From assembly GCA_041550555.1 (NCBI GenBank), contig JBFEOO010000009.1, positions 2,162-66,161 on the forward strand: a DNA stretch of 64,000 nt, given 5' to 3'. How positions within the stretch are numbered: the stretch's first letter is position 1; the number at the start of each line of letters is the position of its first letter. The stretch is from Arenicellales bacterium (GTDB lineage Bacteria > Pseudomonadota > Gammaproteobacteria > Arenicellales > JBFEOO01). Shown in pieces: positions 13,531 to 24,253 of this stretch. The notes under the pieces are model-generated. The model had not been told where the DNA came from and made no database searches. It saw nothing but the letters and a program-made list of their open reading frames with translations. The position numbers were made by a program, and so were the translations under genes.

Positions 13531-14475
13531 ATGGAGCAGACGACGGCGCCCCATGGGGGAACGCTCGCTGGTGAGTTCTGGCTGAGGCTCAAACGCGACA
13601 GGCTCACCCTCGCCGCTCTGTGCGTGCTTGCACTGCTCGTCGTTGCAGCGTTGGCCGGCAAGGCGCTGACGGAGTGGAGCACGGTATTCGATCCCGCCAC
13701 GGTCCGCCTGATGGACAAATTTCGTCCGCCGCTCGCCCGTCCGGCAGAACAGCTGCCGGTTCCGGATCGACCTCGCTTTGGTATCTACCTGCTCGGCACG
13801 GACGATCTTGGCCGAGATGTGTTCGCGCGTATGCTGCAAGGGTCGTTCGTGTCGCTCTCGATCGGCTTCGTTGCCGTAGCCATCTCGCTCCTGGTCGGTG
13901 TGACCCTCGGTGCGCTCGCCGGGTATTTCGGTGAGATTCGGTTTGGATTCGTCACAGTCGACACGCTGATCATGCGCTTCACCGACGTCATGCTCTGCTT
14001 TCCCACCTTTTTTCTCATTCTCACGGTCGTGGCGCTTCTGCCACCGAGCATTTACAACATCATGGTCGTCATTGGTCTCACGGGCTGGATGGGAACGGCC
14101 CGATTCGTCCGCGCCGAATTCCTCTCGCTGCGAGAGCAGGACTTCGTGGCGGCGGCCGAAGTGCTCGGTCTGCCACGTCGACGGATCATTTTCGTGCACA
14201 TGGTGCCCAATGCCGTGGCACCGGTTCTGGTGTCGGCCACGATCAGCGTCGCGACGGCCATACTGACGGAGTCCGCTTTGAGCTTCCTCGGTTTCGGCGT
14301 GCAACCGCCATTCGCGACGTGGGGCAATATTCTCGCCGATGGCAAGGCGTTCATTTTCGATGCCCCGTGGCTGTTCTTCACCCCGGGTCTGGCGATTCTC
14401 GCCGTGGTGCTGTCGTTCAACCTGGTGGGAGAGGGCCTTCGTGAGGCGCTCAATCCCAAGCTGCGCAGGGTGTAG
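13531..14475 (+). CDS. Peptide/nickel ABC permease (OppC/DppC-like)
   Basis: LLGTDDLGRDVFAR, FVAAAEVLG...IIFVHMVPN and ESALSFLGFGVQPP..TWG. Start uncertain (13477-13531). Confidence 0.92.
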   Translation: MEQTTAPHGGTLAGEFWLRLKRDRLTLAALCVLALLVVAALAGKALTEWSTVFDPATVRLMDKFRPPLARPAEQLPVPDRPRFGIYLLGTDDLGRDVFARMLQGSFVSLSIGFVAVAISLLVGVTLGALAGYFGEIRFGFVTVDTLIMRFTDVMLCFPTFFLILTVVALLPPSIYNIMVVIGLTGWMGTARFVRAEFLSLREQDFVAAAEVLGLPRRRIIFVHMVPNAVAPVLVSATISVATAILTESALSFLGFGVQPPFATWGNILADGKAFIFDAPWLFFTPGLAILAVVLSFNLVGEGLREALNPKLRRV

Positions 14476-14493
14476 CGGCCGGCGGCCGGGACG

Positions 14494-15276
14494 GTGGGCG
14501 AGGTGATGCCAGGGAGCTGCACGGGGCTGCTCTCGTCCGCTGACTCGGCGTCTGCGTCGATCGCCGTCTTCGCGGATGACGATGGGGATTACCGCGGCCG
14601 AGCCTTGGCAAAACGGCTCCGGCTTCCGGTTGTGGACCGCGAATCGGCTGGCGGCTTCGCTTTTGTACTGGAGTTTCTGCCCGAGGGTCTGGCGCTGCGC
14701 GACCAACGCGACCGGCGCCTCAATCCCGTGATGGTGGATTTCTGCAACGGCCCGCGACGCGTCTCCCGACGCGATCCGCTCGTCAAAGCCGTGGGCCGGC
14801 GAACCGAACGCATTGTCGATGCCACCGCCGGATACGGGAGAGACGCCCTGCACCTCTCCATCGCCGGCTATCGCGTGACCGCCGTCGAGCGCTCGCCGGT
14901 TATTGCCGCATTGCTTCGCGATGGGCTAACCCGCGGCGGCGCGAGCGTGGGTCCGGGTACCCTGGTCGTGATCGAAGCCGATGCACGCCGCGTTCTCGAG
15001 GATATGACGCCCGGTCCCGACGCTGTTTATCTGGATCCGATGTACCCGCTAAGAACACAGGCCACCGCGCTCGGTCGCAAGGCGCTGCGTATGCTGCGCG
15101 ACGTCGTCGGCGACGACGATGACATTGGCAGTCTATTCGCTGTCGCTCTTCGCTCGGCCCGGCGACGTGTCATCGTAAAACGACCGCGCCACGCGGCGGT
15201 GCTTGCTGGCCCTTTTTTGACGAGCTTCGGCGGGAAGCTCGTCCGCTATGACGTATATCGAGGGAGCGCGCCGTGA
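14494..15276 (+). CDS. rsmJ: 16S rRNA m2G1516 methyltransferase-like (class I SAM methyltransferase)
   Basis: VDATAGYGRDA SAM motif, VYLDPMYP and RVIVKRP, all characteristic of RsmJ. Confidence 0.85.
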   Translation: MGEVMPGSCTGLLSSADSASASIAVFADDDGDYRGRALAKRLRLPVVDRESAGGFAFVLEFLPEGLALRDQRDRRLNPVMVDFCNGPRRVSRRDPLVKAVGRRTERIVDATAGYGRDALHLSIAGYRVTAVERSPVIAALLRDGLTRGGASVGPGTLVVIEADARRVLEDMTPGPDAVYLDPMYPLRTQATALGRKALRMLRDVVGDDDDIGSLFAVALRSARRRVIVKRPRHAAVLAGPFLTSFGGKLVRYDVYRGSAP

Positions 15277-16031
15277 GCGGTGGCGGAGGCGACGACCCGT
15301 TCTTCTTCATCGAGACGATGCCGGGTGTGGGCGACACTGCCGAGCTCGCCGAGCGGGAAGGCAGGCACGTTTGTGCGTCGCGGCGCCTGCGCTGCGGCGA
15401 CAGCCTGAGCGTATTCGACGGTCGCGGCAGCGTGGGTCGCGCCGTGGTCGAGGCCGTCGCGGCTCGCGGTCGGCGTATCGTGCTCCGGCTGACCGAACGG
15501 TCGGCCGCGGCGGCTCCGGTGGCCGTTATACACCTGGCCAGTGCCGTCCCCAAAGGGGATCGTCAGAGCATCCTCCTCGACATGGCGACGCAGCTCGGAA
15601 TGACCGACTACACGCCGCTGGAATGCGCACGCAGCACGACGCGTGGGAGCGCCGCGTTGACCATACGCTGGCAACGTATCGTCCTTGAGGCGTGCAAGCA
15701 GAGTCGGCGCGCCTACCTGCCCAATATCCATACCCCGGCGGACCCGCTTGCAGTGGTCGCACAGGCCACGGCTCACGCACACGACATTTGGGTGGCGGAT
15801 CCCGATGGCGAGCCCCTGGCTGCCACGCCAAGCGGGCGATCGCTGCGTTCGATGACATTGCTGGTCGGACCCGAAGGCGGATTCACGGACGCTGAGCGCT
15901 CGGCGCTGGTCGGCGCCGGCGCCCGCCTCGCGGCGCTGTCTTGCGGAATATTGCGCGTCGAGACGGCCGCTGTGATGTTGGTTGGCTGCGCCGTCGCCGG
16001 ATTGGCCGGCGGCGAAACGCCCGTTCCGTAA
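15273..16031 (+). CDS. rsmE: 16S rRNA m3U1498 methyltransferase (SPOUT)
   Basis: PKGDR, ATQLG, LLVGPEGGF and ILRVETAA; GTGA overlap with rsmJ. Confidence 0.9.
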   Translation: MSGGGGDDPFFFIETMPGVGDTAELAEREGRHVCASRRLRCGDSLSVFDGRGSVGRAVVEAVAARGRRIVLRLTERSAAAAPVAVIHLASAVPKGDRQSILLDMATQLGMTDYTPLECARSTTRGSAALTIRWQRIVLEACKQSRRAYLPNIHTPADPLAVVAQATAHAHDIWVADPDGEPLAATPSGRSLRSMTLLVGPEGGFTDAERSALVGAGARLAALSCGILRVETAAVMLVGCAVAGLAGGETPVP

Positions 16032-16053
16032 CATCGGCCGGGAGGCTGGCGAC

Positions 16054-18846
16054 CTACGATGGGCCGAGTGCGCGTATCTTCTCGTACTGCGCCTGGAGTT
16101 CCTCCAGCGCGGTCTGCATCGCGTCGGTGCGCTCGCGTTCCTTGCCGACTACGTCCGCCGGTGCACGCTGAACGAAGTTGGGATTGGCGAGCTTGCTGCG
16201 CGAGCGGGTGAGATCGCCCTCCAGCTTGGTGATCTGTTTGCCCAGTCTCTTCAGCTCCGCGTCCTTGTCGATGGCGGAGTCGAGGGGCAGCAGAACTTTG
16301 AGCTGGCCAACCAATGCCGTTGCCGAGTCGGGTGGACCCTGTTGCCCGGTGAGGACGTCGATGCGCGCGAGATGCGCAAGTGCGGCCAAGCCGGTTCGGT
16401 TCCGCTCGAGATAGTCCCAATCGTCGGCCGACCCGTCCTGGAGCAGAACGCGCAGGGGGTGGGTGGGTGCAATGTTCATCTCGCCCCGAATGTTTCGCAC
16501 TGCCCCAACCACCGACTGCAGCCAGCCGATTTCTCTGAGCGCATCCTCATCGACCTTGGTGGGATCGGCCACTGGGTAAGCTTGGGTCATGATCGAGGAC
16601 CCGTCCTTGCCGGCCAGCGGCGCTACTTTCTGCCAGATCGTCTCGGTGATGAAAGGCATCAGCGGGTGCAGCAGTCGCAGGGCGCTCTCGAGCACACGCA
16701 CCAGCGTCCGCCGAGTGCCCACTTTGCGTTGCGTCGTTTCATCCTCGTCGGCCAGTGTGATCTTGGAGAGCTCCAAGTACCAGCTGCAGTACTCGTCCCA
16801 GATGAAGGCGTATATGGCCTGGGTCATTCTGTCGAAGCGGTAGTGCTCGATCGCTTCGGCGACCTCGGCCTCGGTCTGTTGAAGCCGCGCTATGATCCAC
16901 CGCTCAGCGGCGCCCAGCGCGTAGTCGTCACCGTCCTGGCCACAGCGCTCACCGGCGGTATTCATCAATACGAACCGCGCCGCGTTCCAAAGTTTATTGC
17001 AGAAGTTGCGGTAGCCCTCGATACGGCCCAGATCGAAGCGGATGTCTCGTCCCTGTGTTGCCAGACTGGCGAAGGTGAAACGCAAGGCGTCGGTCCCGTG
17101 CGCGGCGATACCATTCGGAAACTCCTTGCGGGTCGCCGCCTCGATGCGGGGCGCCAACTGAGGCTGCATGAGTCCAGTCGTACGCTTGTCTATTAGCTCG
17201 TCGATGGCCACGCCGTCGATGAGGTCGAGCGGATCGAGGATGTTGCCCTTCGATTTGGACATCTTCTGTCCGAGGGCGTCGCGGATCAGCCCGTGAACGT
17301 AGACCTCGCGGAAGGGGACGCTGCCCAAGAACTTCAGCCCGAACATGATCATACGGGCGACCCAAAAGAAGATGATGTCGAAGCCCGTGACCAGGACACT
17401 GGTGGGATAAAACGTCTGCAGCTCCTCCGTTTGCCGTGGCCAGCCGAGGGTCGAAAACGGCCACAGCGCGGAGGAGAACCACGTATCGAGGACGTCCTCG
17501 TCCTGGCGCAACGGGATGTCGCGGCCGTGCTTCGCGCGAGCCTTGTCGCGGGCCTCGGCCTCGCTGCGCGCCACGAAGATGCCGCCCTCCTCGTCGTACC
17601 AGGCCGGAATGCGGTGTCCCCACCAAAGCTGGCGCGAAATGCACCAGTCCTCGATGTTGCGCATCCACTCGAAATACGTGCTGGACCAGTTGTCGGGCAC
17701 GAAGCGAATGTCGCCCTGCTCGACAGCGGCAATGGCCGGCTCGGCAAGCGGCGCCACCTTTACGAACCACTGGTTGGTGAGGTACGGCTCGATCACGGCA
17801 TTCGAACGATCACCGCGGGGAACCTTGTGACGGTGCGCGTCGGTCTTGACGAGCAGACCCTCGGCGTCGAGCTGCGCGACGATCTTGCTGCGCGCTTCGA
17901 AGCGGTCCAGCCCGTGGTAGGGACTCCCTTCGAGGTCGATGGCGGCATCCGGGGTGAGGACGTTGATGATCGGCAGGTCGTGGCGTTGTCCGACGGCGTA
18001 GTCATTGAAATCGTGCGCGGGGGTGATCTTCACACAGCCGGAGCCGAAAGCCGGATCGACATACTCGTCGGCGATGACGGGTATCTCGCGCTGCACGAGC
18101 GGCAGCACAATTGTCTTACCCACGGCCGAGCGGTAGCGGTCGTCGTCGGGATGAACCGCGACTGCGGTATCACCAAGCATGGTTTCCGGGCGTGTGGTGG
18201 CGACGACGAGGTGCCCGCTGCCGTCGCTCAATGGATAACGGATGTGCCACAGGTGGCCGTTTTCTTCTTCGGTGATGACCTCCAGGTCGGAGATGGCCGT
18301 ATGCAGCACGGGGTCCCAGTTGACCAGGCGCTTGCCGCGGTAGATGAGGTCTTCCTCGTAGAGTCGCACGAAGACTTCGAGAACGGCGTTCGACAGACCT
18401 GGGTCCATCGTAAAGCGTTCGCGCGACCAATCGAGTGAGGCGCCCATGCGGCGCAGTTGCCGAGTGATCTGGCCCCCGGAGTGCGCCTTCCACTCCCAGA
18501 TTCGCTGTACGAATGCCTGGCGTCCCAGCTGGTGGCGCGTCTTGCCCTCGGCGTTGAGGCGACGTTCCACGACCATTTGCGTCGCGATGCCGGCATGATC
18601 CGTGCCGGCCTGCCACAGAGTTCTGAATCCGTGCATGCGATGGTAGCGGATCAGCGCGTCCATGATCGTATCCTGGAACGCGTGCCCCATATGAAGGCTT
18701 CCCGTGACGTTCGGAGGCGGGATCATTATGCAGTAAGGCGGACCGTTGCCCGTCGGGGCAAAGTACCCCGACTGCTCCCAGACGTCGTACAACGGCTGTT
18801 CGATAGCGTGCGGATCGTAGGTCTTGCTAAGTATGGTGTCGGTCAT
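16054..18846 (-). CDS. valS: Valyl-tRNA synthetase
   Basis: [14 protein letters not shown] (HIGH), KMSKSKGN (KMSKS) and a C-terminal coiled coil. Start moved to ATG 18846 ([12 protein letters not shown]). Confidence 0.99.
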   Translation of the reverse strand: MTDTILSKTYDPHAIEQPLYDVWEQSGYFAPTGNGPPYCIMIPPPNVTGSLHMGHAFQDTIMDALIRYHRMHGFRTLWQAGTDHAGIATQMVVERRLNAEGKTRHQLGRQAFVQRIWEWKAHSGGQITRQLRRMGASLDWSRERFTMDPGLSNAVLEVFVRLYEEDLIYRGKRLVNWDPVLHTAISDLEVITEEENGHLWHIRYPLSDGSGHLVVATTRPETMLGDTAVAVHPDDDRYRSAVGKTIVLPLVQREIPVIADEYVDPAFGSGCVKITPAHDFNDYAVGQRHDLPIINVLTPDAAIDLEGSPYHGLDRFEARSKIVAQLDAEGLLVKTDAHRHKVPRGDRSNAVIEPYLTNQWFVKVAPLAEPAIAAVEQGDIRFVPDNWSSTYFEWMRNIEDWCISRQLWWGHRIPAWYDEEGGIFVARSEAEARDKARAKHGRDIPLRQDEDVLDTWFSSALWPFSTLGWPRQTEELQTFYPTSVLVTGFDIIFFWVARMIMFGLKFLGSVPFREVYVHGLIRDALGQKMSKSKGNILDPLDLIDGVAIDELIDKRTTGLMQPQLAPRIEAATRKEFPNGIAAHGTDALRFTFASLATQGRDIRFDLGRIEGYRNFCNKLWNAARFVLMNTAGERCGQDGDDYALGAAERWIIARLQQTEAEVAEAIEHYRFDRMTQAIYAFIWDEYCSWYLELSKITLADEDETTQRKVGTRRTLVRVLESALRLLHPLMPFITETIWQKVAPLAGKDGSSIMTQAYPVADPTKVDEDALREIGWLQSVVGAVRNIRGEMNIAPTHPLRVLLQDGSADDWDYLERNRTGLAALAHLARIDVLTGQQGPPDSATALVGQLKVLLPLDSAIDKDAELKRLGKQITKLEGDLTRSRSKLANPNFVQRAPADVVGKERERTDAMQTALEELQAQYEKIRALGPS

Positions 18847-19056
18847 GGTACGCCGAGCTATCGGGTGATCACGCTTCAGTATGCGATGTTGCCTCACCGC
18901 GCCTGCACACCACGGAAGGGGTCGGGACGCATGCCCGGGGTGACGTGCACAGCAGCGCCTCGAAGCGTCCCTCGCAACAGCCGGCAGACGCCCAGCAGCC
19001 GCGCTCCGCGGCGGGCTGGTCACGCCGTGGCGAATCTAGATATTGCGCACGGCGCT

Positions 19057-19761
19057 TCATTCGTCGGATTGCGGCGGACGACTGCTGGTGGGCGCAGAGG
19101 TCTCTCGCGCATCGCTCACGGCGCGCTCCTGTTGGGCAGTCCACTCGCGCAGCCAGCGCTCCGTCAGGCGCAGCAGATCACTGGCAAGGTCCGCGTCGAC
19201 GCGCACTCCGGCAGTGTCGCGCAGTCTTGCGTCGATCAATGCCACGATCCGTTGCGCCATGGCCCGGGGATCGAGAAGAGGCGCATCCGTCGAAAGCCCG
19301 TCGACCGGGTACTCGTCCCCGCCGATGTTGGTCGGTGCGGCGGCTGTGGGTGCCGTCGTGACCGGCGCCCAAGGCGAGCCATCGCCGACGCCGGCCGCGG
19401 CGCCGCTGTCGGGCCCCAGGGCAGGCGTGGGTGCGCGATGCGGTGGTGCGGGTGCCGGCGGGGCGTGGAGCGCGGGCTCATAGGCCACCTCATCGAGCAC
19501 GGGTATCTCGTCCCAGGGTGTGGGTTTGGCGGGTGCCGCCGCCTGCCGGGCGGATGGTGGCCCATTCGCGGGGCGAGCGGCGGCGGGGGCGGGCGCGCCC
19601 GGCTCCGCAGGCGCCTCGTCGACGGGTGCCGAGGGGGGACGTGCGTCGGGTTCTCGCTCGCGAGTCGTCGGCTCGGCGCCATCGATCAGCGCTTGCAGTG
19701 ATCGCAACGCGTCGAGAAGGGTTACGCGTTCGGCATCGGCCTGGTTGTCCGAATCAGGCAT
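19057..19761 (-). CDS. Hypothetical Pro/Ala-rich protein between holC and valS (helix-IDR-helix)
   Basis: Fills the holC-valS gap. N-terminal amphipathic helix LLDALRSLQALID, DEIPVLDEV motif, long low-complexity linker and helical C-terminus. Confidence 0.7.
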   Translation of the reverse strand: MPDSDNQADAERVTLLDALRSLQALIDGAEPTTREREPDARPPSAPVDEAPAEPGAPAPAAARPANGPPSARQAAAPAKPTPWDEIPVLDEVAYEPALHAPPAPAPPHRAPTPALGPDSGAAAGVGDGSPWAPVTTAPTAAAPTNIGGDEYPVDGLSTDAPLLDPRAMAQRIVALIDARLRDTAGVRVDADLASDLLRLTERWLREWTAQQERAVSDARETSAPTSSRPPQSDE

Positions 19762-19771
19762 TGGGCGACCG

Positions 19772-20215
19772 TTACTCGGGGCTGACGTGATGAATGTTGA
19801 GCTCGGCGCCCCGCGCGCGGTAGGCGCGATAACGCTCGCGGGCCGTCGCCCGCTCCCCTTCGTCGTGGTCGATCGGCTCGATAACGCGCTGAAAGCGGCC
19901 GAAGTCCTCAGCAATCTGTTGCTGTAACGAGATCAGGACGTCGCGGCAGGAGCCGGGTGCCGCGGACTGTCCAATCAACACTGGATAATCATCGAGTCTG
20001 TCCGCCGCTTGCTCGAGCGCCGCGTGCGGAACGAAACTTCCCTGGGAAAACGTCCACAGCAGATCGTCGAGCTGACGCACCTCATCCTCAGAACGTGCGT
20101 GGATGTAGACGCGAGCGCCATGACGGTAGGCCTTTGCAGCGAGGCGGCACACCAAGCGGGCCCTGCCAGCCGCGCCCGCGCTATCGAGCAGATAAAAGTC
20201 GACCCTCGAGCTCAT
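19772..20215 (-). CDS. holC: DNA polymerase III chi subunit
   Basis: RVDFYLL...CRLAAKAY...LDDLLWTFSQGSFVPH...RVIE...ARERYRAYR; conserved pepA-holC-valS order. Confidence 0.95.
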   Translation of the reverse strand: MSSRVDFYLLDSAGAAGRARLVCRLAAKAYRHGARVYIHARSEDEVRQLDDLLWTFSQGSFVPHAALEQAADRLDDYPVLIGQSAAPGSCRDVLISLQQQIAEDFGRFQRVIEPIDHDEGERATARERYRAYRARGAELNIHHVSPE

Positions 20216-20240
20216 GCGGCTGCATCCGACAGCGCGGCTG

Positions 20241-21728
20241 TCATCCCGTGAATCGATCGACCAGGTACTGCACGAGCAGAGGCACAGGACGCCCGGTCGC
20301 GCCTTTCTGCTTGCCGCCTTTCCACGCAGTGCCGGCAATATCGAGATGGGCCCACTTGAACTTCTCGGCAAAGCGGGCGAGAAAGCATGCGGCCGTGACG
20401 GCACCGGCGTCGCGGCCGCCGACGTTCGCCACGTCGGCGAAGTTGCTGTCGAGCTGCTCCTGATAGTCCTCCCAAACGGGCATGCGCCATGCTCGGTCGC
20501 GACAGCTTTCGCCGGAGTGAACCAGCGCATCGGCAAGCGCGTCGTCGTTGGCGAACAGGCCGCTTGCATGGGCGCCGAGAGCCACGACGCAGGCCCCTGT
20601 CAGGGTTGCGACGTCGATGACTGCCTCCGGCTTGTAGCGCTCGGCGTACGTCAGCGCGTCGCAGAGGATGAGACGGCCCTCGGCGTCCGTGTTCAGGATC
20701 TCGATCGTCTTGCCCGACATGCTGGTCACGATGTCTCCCGGTTTGTTGGCCGCGCCATCGGGAAGGTTTTCGCTGCTGGGCACGATGCCGATGACATTCG
20801 CCCGCAGTTTCAGCATGGCGACGGCCTGCAGCACACCGAATACAGCCGCTCCGCCGCACATGTCGTACTTCATTTCATCCATCTTGGCCGCCGGCTTGAG
20901 CGAGATACCGCCGGCATCGAACGTCAGGCCCTTTCCGACCAAGACGGTCGGGGCGGATTTCTTTGCGCCGCCGTGATACTCCATCACTATCGTATACGGC
21001 GGCTGTCGGCTGCCCCGCGCGACGCTGAGCAGCGCCCCCATGCCCAGCTGCTTCATTTTCGCCTCGTCCAAGACGGTGAGCTTCAGCTTGTGATTGCGGC
21101 GCAGTATCTTGGCCTGCTCGACGAGATAAGAAGGGGTGCAGACGTTGCCAGGCAGATTGCCGAGGTCTTTGGCCATCCTGACGCCGGCGCTTACCGCTTC
21201 ACCTTGACGCACGCCCTGCTGGGCGGCCGCAGCATCGCGGCGGTCGGAGACGTACAGACGAACCTGATCCAGCACCAATTTCTCATTCTTCTTGCTCTTC
21301 ATCTGATCGAAGCGGTACAGAGCTTCATTGGTGCTTTCGACGAGGTGCTTCGCCTTCCACGCGACGTTCCGATCCGTAATCTCGACATCGAAGACGAAAA
21401 AAGCGGCGTTGGTGACGGCGATCTCCTTGAGCCTGATGGCGGCCGCCGCCACGGCTTGCCGAAAACGGCCCTCGTTCACGTCGTTCTCCTCGCCGAAGCC
21501 AAGCAGGAGAACTCGCTCGGCGGCGACGCCGTCGAGCTGCTGAAGCAGCAGCGTACGCCCGACGTCCCCATTCATGTCGCCCCGCCGCATGACGTTGGCG
21601 ATGGTGCCCCGGGATGCCTTGTTCAACTGAGCGGCCGCCGCCGAGAGTTTGCGGGACTTGAACACGGCCACCACGAGACAGGCGCCGCGCTGTCGGTCGG
21701 GACTTCCGCTTCTGACAGGAAACTCCAT
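20241..21728 (-). CDS. pepA: Leucyl aminopeptidase (M17)
   Basis: VGKGLTFDAGGISLK, MKYDMCG, NTDAEGRL and ATLTGA. Confidence 0.98.
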   Translation of the reverse strand: MEFPVRSGSPDRQRGACLVVAVFKSRKLSAAAAQLNKASRGTIANVMRRGDMNGDVGRTLLLQQLDGVAAERVLLLGFGEENDVNEGRFRQAVAAAAIRLKEIAVTNAAFFVFDVEITDRNVAWKAKHLVESTNEALYRFDQMKSKKNEKLVLDQVRLYVSDRRDAAAAQQGVRQGEAVSAGVRMAKDLGNLPGNVCTPSYLVEQAKILRRNHKLKLTVLDEAKMKQLGMGALLSVARGSRQPPYTIVMEYHGGAKKSAPTVLVGKGLTFDAGGISLKPAAKMDEMKYDMCGGAAVFGVLQAVAMLKLRANVIGIVPSSENLPDGAANKPGDIVTSMSGKTIEILNTDAEGRLILCDALTYAERYKPEAVIDVATLTGACVVALGAHASGLFANDDALADALVHSGESCRDRAWRMPVWEDYQEQLDSNFADVANVGGRDAGAVTAACFLARFAEKFKWAHLDIAGTAWKGGKQKGATGRPVPLLVQYLVDRFTG

Positions 21729-22045
21729 CGATGTCCCCGTTTCAATTTGCAGGGCTGTAGTTTACATTCGACAAGGCGGCCGCTCGCACTAGCATCCCAG
21801 TGCGAGGGTCCGGCAATCAGCAGGCGCAGAGTAGCACGGTTCGGGTCAGAAGGCTTGCCGATGCCCGTCGATCCCCGTCGCCGCGCACTGCGTGTCCGCC
21901 AGTCGGATCGACCGAAACGACTTGTCGGGTCACGCCTCGCGAATGCACGCGGACCGCGTGAGCACCGGCGCCGGAACGCTGCGGCCGAATCGCAATATTG
22001 TCCAATGGGTCGATTTTCAATGTCAAAGCGCGGCAGGGGGATTCG

Positions 22046-23146
22046 ATGATCATCAATCGGGCCCTCATCCGCGAGGTTCTCCAGACCAGCAGTGCCGTCA
22101 CGCTGGTGATACTGAGCATCTTCCTGGTGGTGCGCCTCGTCGGTTTCCTGCGCCAGGCAGCGGCGGGCGACATTCCGGTTGATAGCGTGTTGATCCTGCT
22201 GCTTCTGCGGCTGGTGACCTACATGGACGTGATTCTCCCGCTGATACTGTATGTCGCCATTCTCATGGTGCTCGGCCGCTGGAACAGAGACAACGAGATG
22301 GCCGTCATTTCCGCGTGTGGGATCGGCCTCAAGAACTTTCTGCGACCGATGGCGTATCTGCTGGCGGGCATCGGCATCGTGGTCGGCATGTTTTCGCTTT
22401 ATCTATCGCCGCTGGCGGTCCAGGTGAGCGAAACCCTCGAGGAGGAGTTCAAGTCGCGCACCGAAGTGTCCGGCGTCGTCCCCGGTGTGTTCGTCGAGAC
22501 ACGTCGAGGCGGGAGCGTGTACTTCGTCGAAGAGTTCGACCGGCAGGCGGACGAATATCGGAATATCTTCGTCTACCTCTCCTCGTTCGCCAAAGACGGT
22601 ATCGTGGTGGCGGCCAGCGGTCGCCGATATGTCGATGACCTGACCAACGACGACTTCCTGGTGCTCAAGAACGGCACGCGCTACGAAGGCAATCCCGGTA
22701 GGCCGGACTACCGTATCATCGAGTTCGAGAGCTACGCGATTCGCATCCAGCAACGGCCGCCGGAGGTGCCCAGAATGCCCGTGCGTGGGCGGACTTCGGC
22801 GGAGCTTTTTCGATCCAATCATCCCCGTTTGATTACCGAGTGGCATTGGCGCTTGGCCAAGCCGCTTTCGTTGCCGGCGCTCATGCTCTTCGCACTCGCC
22901 ATCAGCAATGTCGATGTTCGACGAAGTCGTCTGCCGAACATGCTGGTCGCATTCGCTTTCTACTTTTCCTATGTCAATGCTGCCGGTTTTGCAGTGGCGC
23001 TGATGAAGAAGGGTACATTGAATCCCAGCGTGGGGATGTGGCTCGTCCACGTGATTTTTCTGGCCATTGCGATCTATGCCTTCATACGCCGGGAACGCAA
23101 CAGGCCGTTTTTCCCCCGGCTTCAATGGCGAGCTGCGTCGCCTTGA
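22046..23146 (+). CDS. lptF: LPS export ABC permease LptF
   Basis: MIINRALIREVL, DNEMAVISACGIG, six-TM YjgP/YjgQ architecture; divergent from pepA. Confidence 0.92.
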   Translation: MIINRALIREVLQTSSAVTLVILSIFLVVRLVGFLRQAAAGDIPVDSVLILLLLRLVTYMDVILPLILYVAILMVLGRWNRDNEMAVISACGIGLKNFLRPMAYLLAGIGIVVGMFSLYLSPLAVQVSETLEEEFKSRTEVSGVVPGVFVETRRGGSVYFVEEFDRQADEYRNIFVYLSSFAKDGIVVAASGRRYVDDLTNDDFLVLKNGTRYEGNPGRPDYRIIEFESYAIRIQQRPPEVPRMPVRGRTSAELFRSNHPRLITEWHWRLAKPLSLPALMLFALAISNVDVRRSRLPNMLVAFAFYFSYVNAAGFAVALMKKGTLNPSVGMWLVHVIFLAIAIYAFIRRERNRPFFPRLQWRAASP

Positions 23147-24207
23147 AGATCCTCGACGTCTATATCGGTCGCACGATCCTGCACCAGACGGCAGTCGTCC
23201 TGGGAGTGTTGCTGGGGTTGTTCGCGTTCGTTGGCTTTGTCGATGAGGTGGGCGAGCTCGGGACCAACAACTACACGCTGTTCAAGATCGTAAAGTTCAT
23301 CATCTTGTCGATGCCGCGCTTGATTTACGAGCTCTTCCCGATGGCGGCCCTGCTCGGGACGATGCTCGGATTGTCGATGCTCGCGCAGGACTCGGAGCTC
23401 GTAGTGCTTAGGGCTAGTGGAGTTTCGCTCTACCGGATTGTCGGTGCCGCCTTGAAGATGGGTCTCGTGTTTGTCGCGTTAGCGGTGGCCATGGGCGAGC
23501 TGGTCGTGCCAACGACTGAGACCCGCGCACAGCGAGGAAGAGCGGAGGCGCTACAGAAGGACATCCAGCAGCAGACCGATTTCGGTTTGTGGATGCGCGA
23601 CGGTCAAACGATCGTCAACGTCGGCGAGGTGTTGCCCGACCTCACTTTGCTGCGCCTGCGGATTTTCGAATTCGACGGCAGCGGTCAGCTGCGTTCGCTG
23701 GTCTACGCGCGTGAGGGGCGCTACGAGGAGACGGGGTGGCAGCTCTGGGATGTCGGCCAGACGTTCATTGATCAGCAGACCGTCACCACTCGACAGGTTG
23801 ACACGGCGGCGTGGACCACCAGCGTCTCGCCGGCCATTCTGTCGGTCTTCCTGGTGAGCCCTGAGCAGCTGTCCGCTTGGCAGCTGAGCAAGTACATCGA
23901 TCACCTGCGCGAGAACAGTCAGGAAACCGACAGTTTTGAGCTGGCCTTCTGGAGCAAGGTGGGGCTGCCTCTGGCGACCGCGGTCATGGTGGTGCTCGCC
24001 GTGCCGTTCGTTTTTCGGCAGGTGCGCAGCGGCGCTCTCGGGCGAGGTCTGCTGGTAGGCATCATGCTGGGACTCGGCTTCTATGTTGCCAACAAGGGTT
24101 TCGGCTACGTCGTCCTCGTGTACGGCATCGCTCCCATAGCGGGTGCCACGGCGCCGCTCGCCGGCTTCCTGATGGCGGCGCTCTTCATGTTGCGACGCGT
24201 TTCGTGA
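23143..24207 (+). CDS. lptG: LPS export ABC permease LptG
   Basis: TTG start overlapping the lptF stop; KILDVYIG, SELVVLRASGVS, GLWMRDG and FELAFWSK. Confidence 0.93.
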   Translation: MKILDVYIGRTILHQTAVVLGVLLGLFAFVGFVDEVGELGTNNYTLFKIVKFIILSMPRLIYELFPMAALLGTMLGLSMLAQDSELVVLRASGVSLYRIVGAALKMGLVFVALAVAMGELVVPTTETRAQRGRAEALQKDIQQQTDFGLWMRDGQTIVNVGEVLPDLTLLRLRIFEFDGSGQLRSLVYAREGRYEETGWQLWDVGQTFIDQQTVTTRQVDTAAWTTSVSPAILSVFLVSPEQLSAWQLSKYIDHLRENSQETDSFELAFWSKVGLPLATAVMVVLAVPFVFRQVRSGALGRGLLVGIMLGLGFYVANKGFGYVVLVYGIAPIAGATAPLAGFLMAALFMLRRVS

Positions 24208-24253
24208 GGCGTGCCGACGGCACGCGTGCAGCCGTTTCCCCGTGGTGCGCGGA

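Noticed and set aside
15570-15600. RsmE motif ATQLG instead of the usual ATELG, as possible inactivation
   Set aside because: A single conservative change. The SAM-binding knot motifs (GPEGG, LRVETA) are intact, so there is no evidence for loss of function.
19200-19700. GC-rich low-complexity stretch that looked like a tandem repeat or CRISPR-like array
   Set aside because: No constant repeat unit or spacer periodicity. It is explained by Pro/Ala codons of the holC-valS protein.
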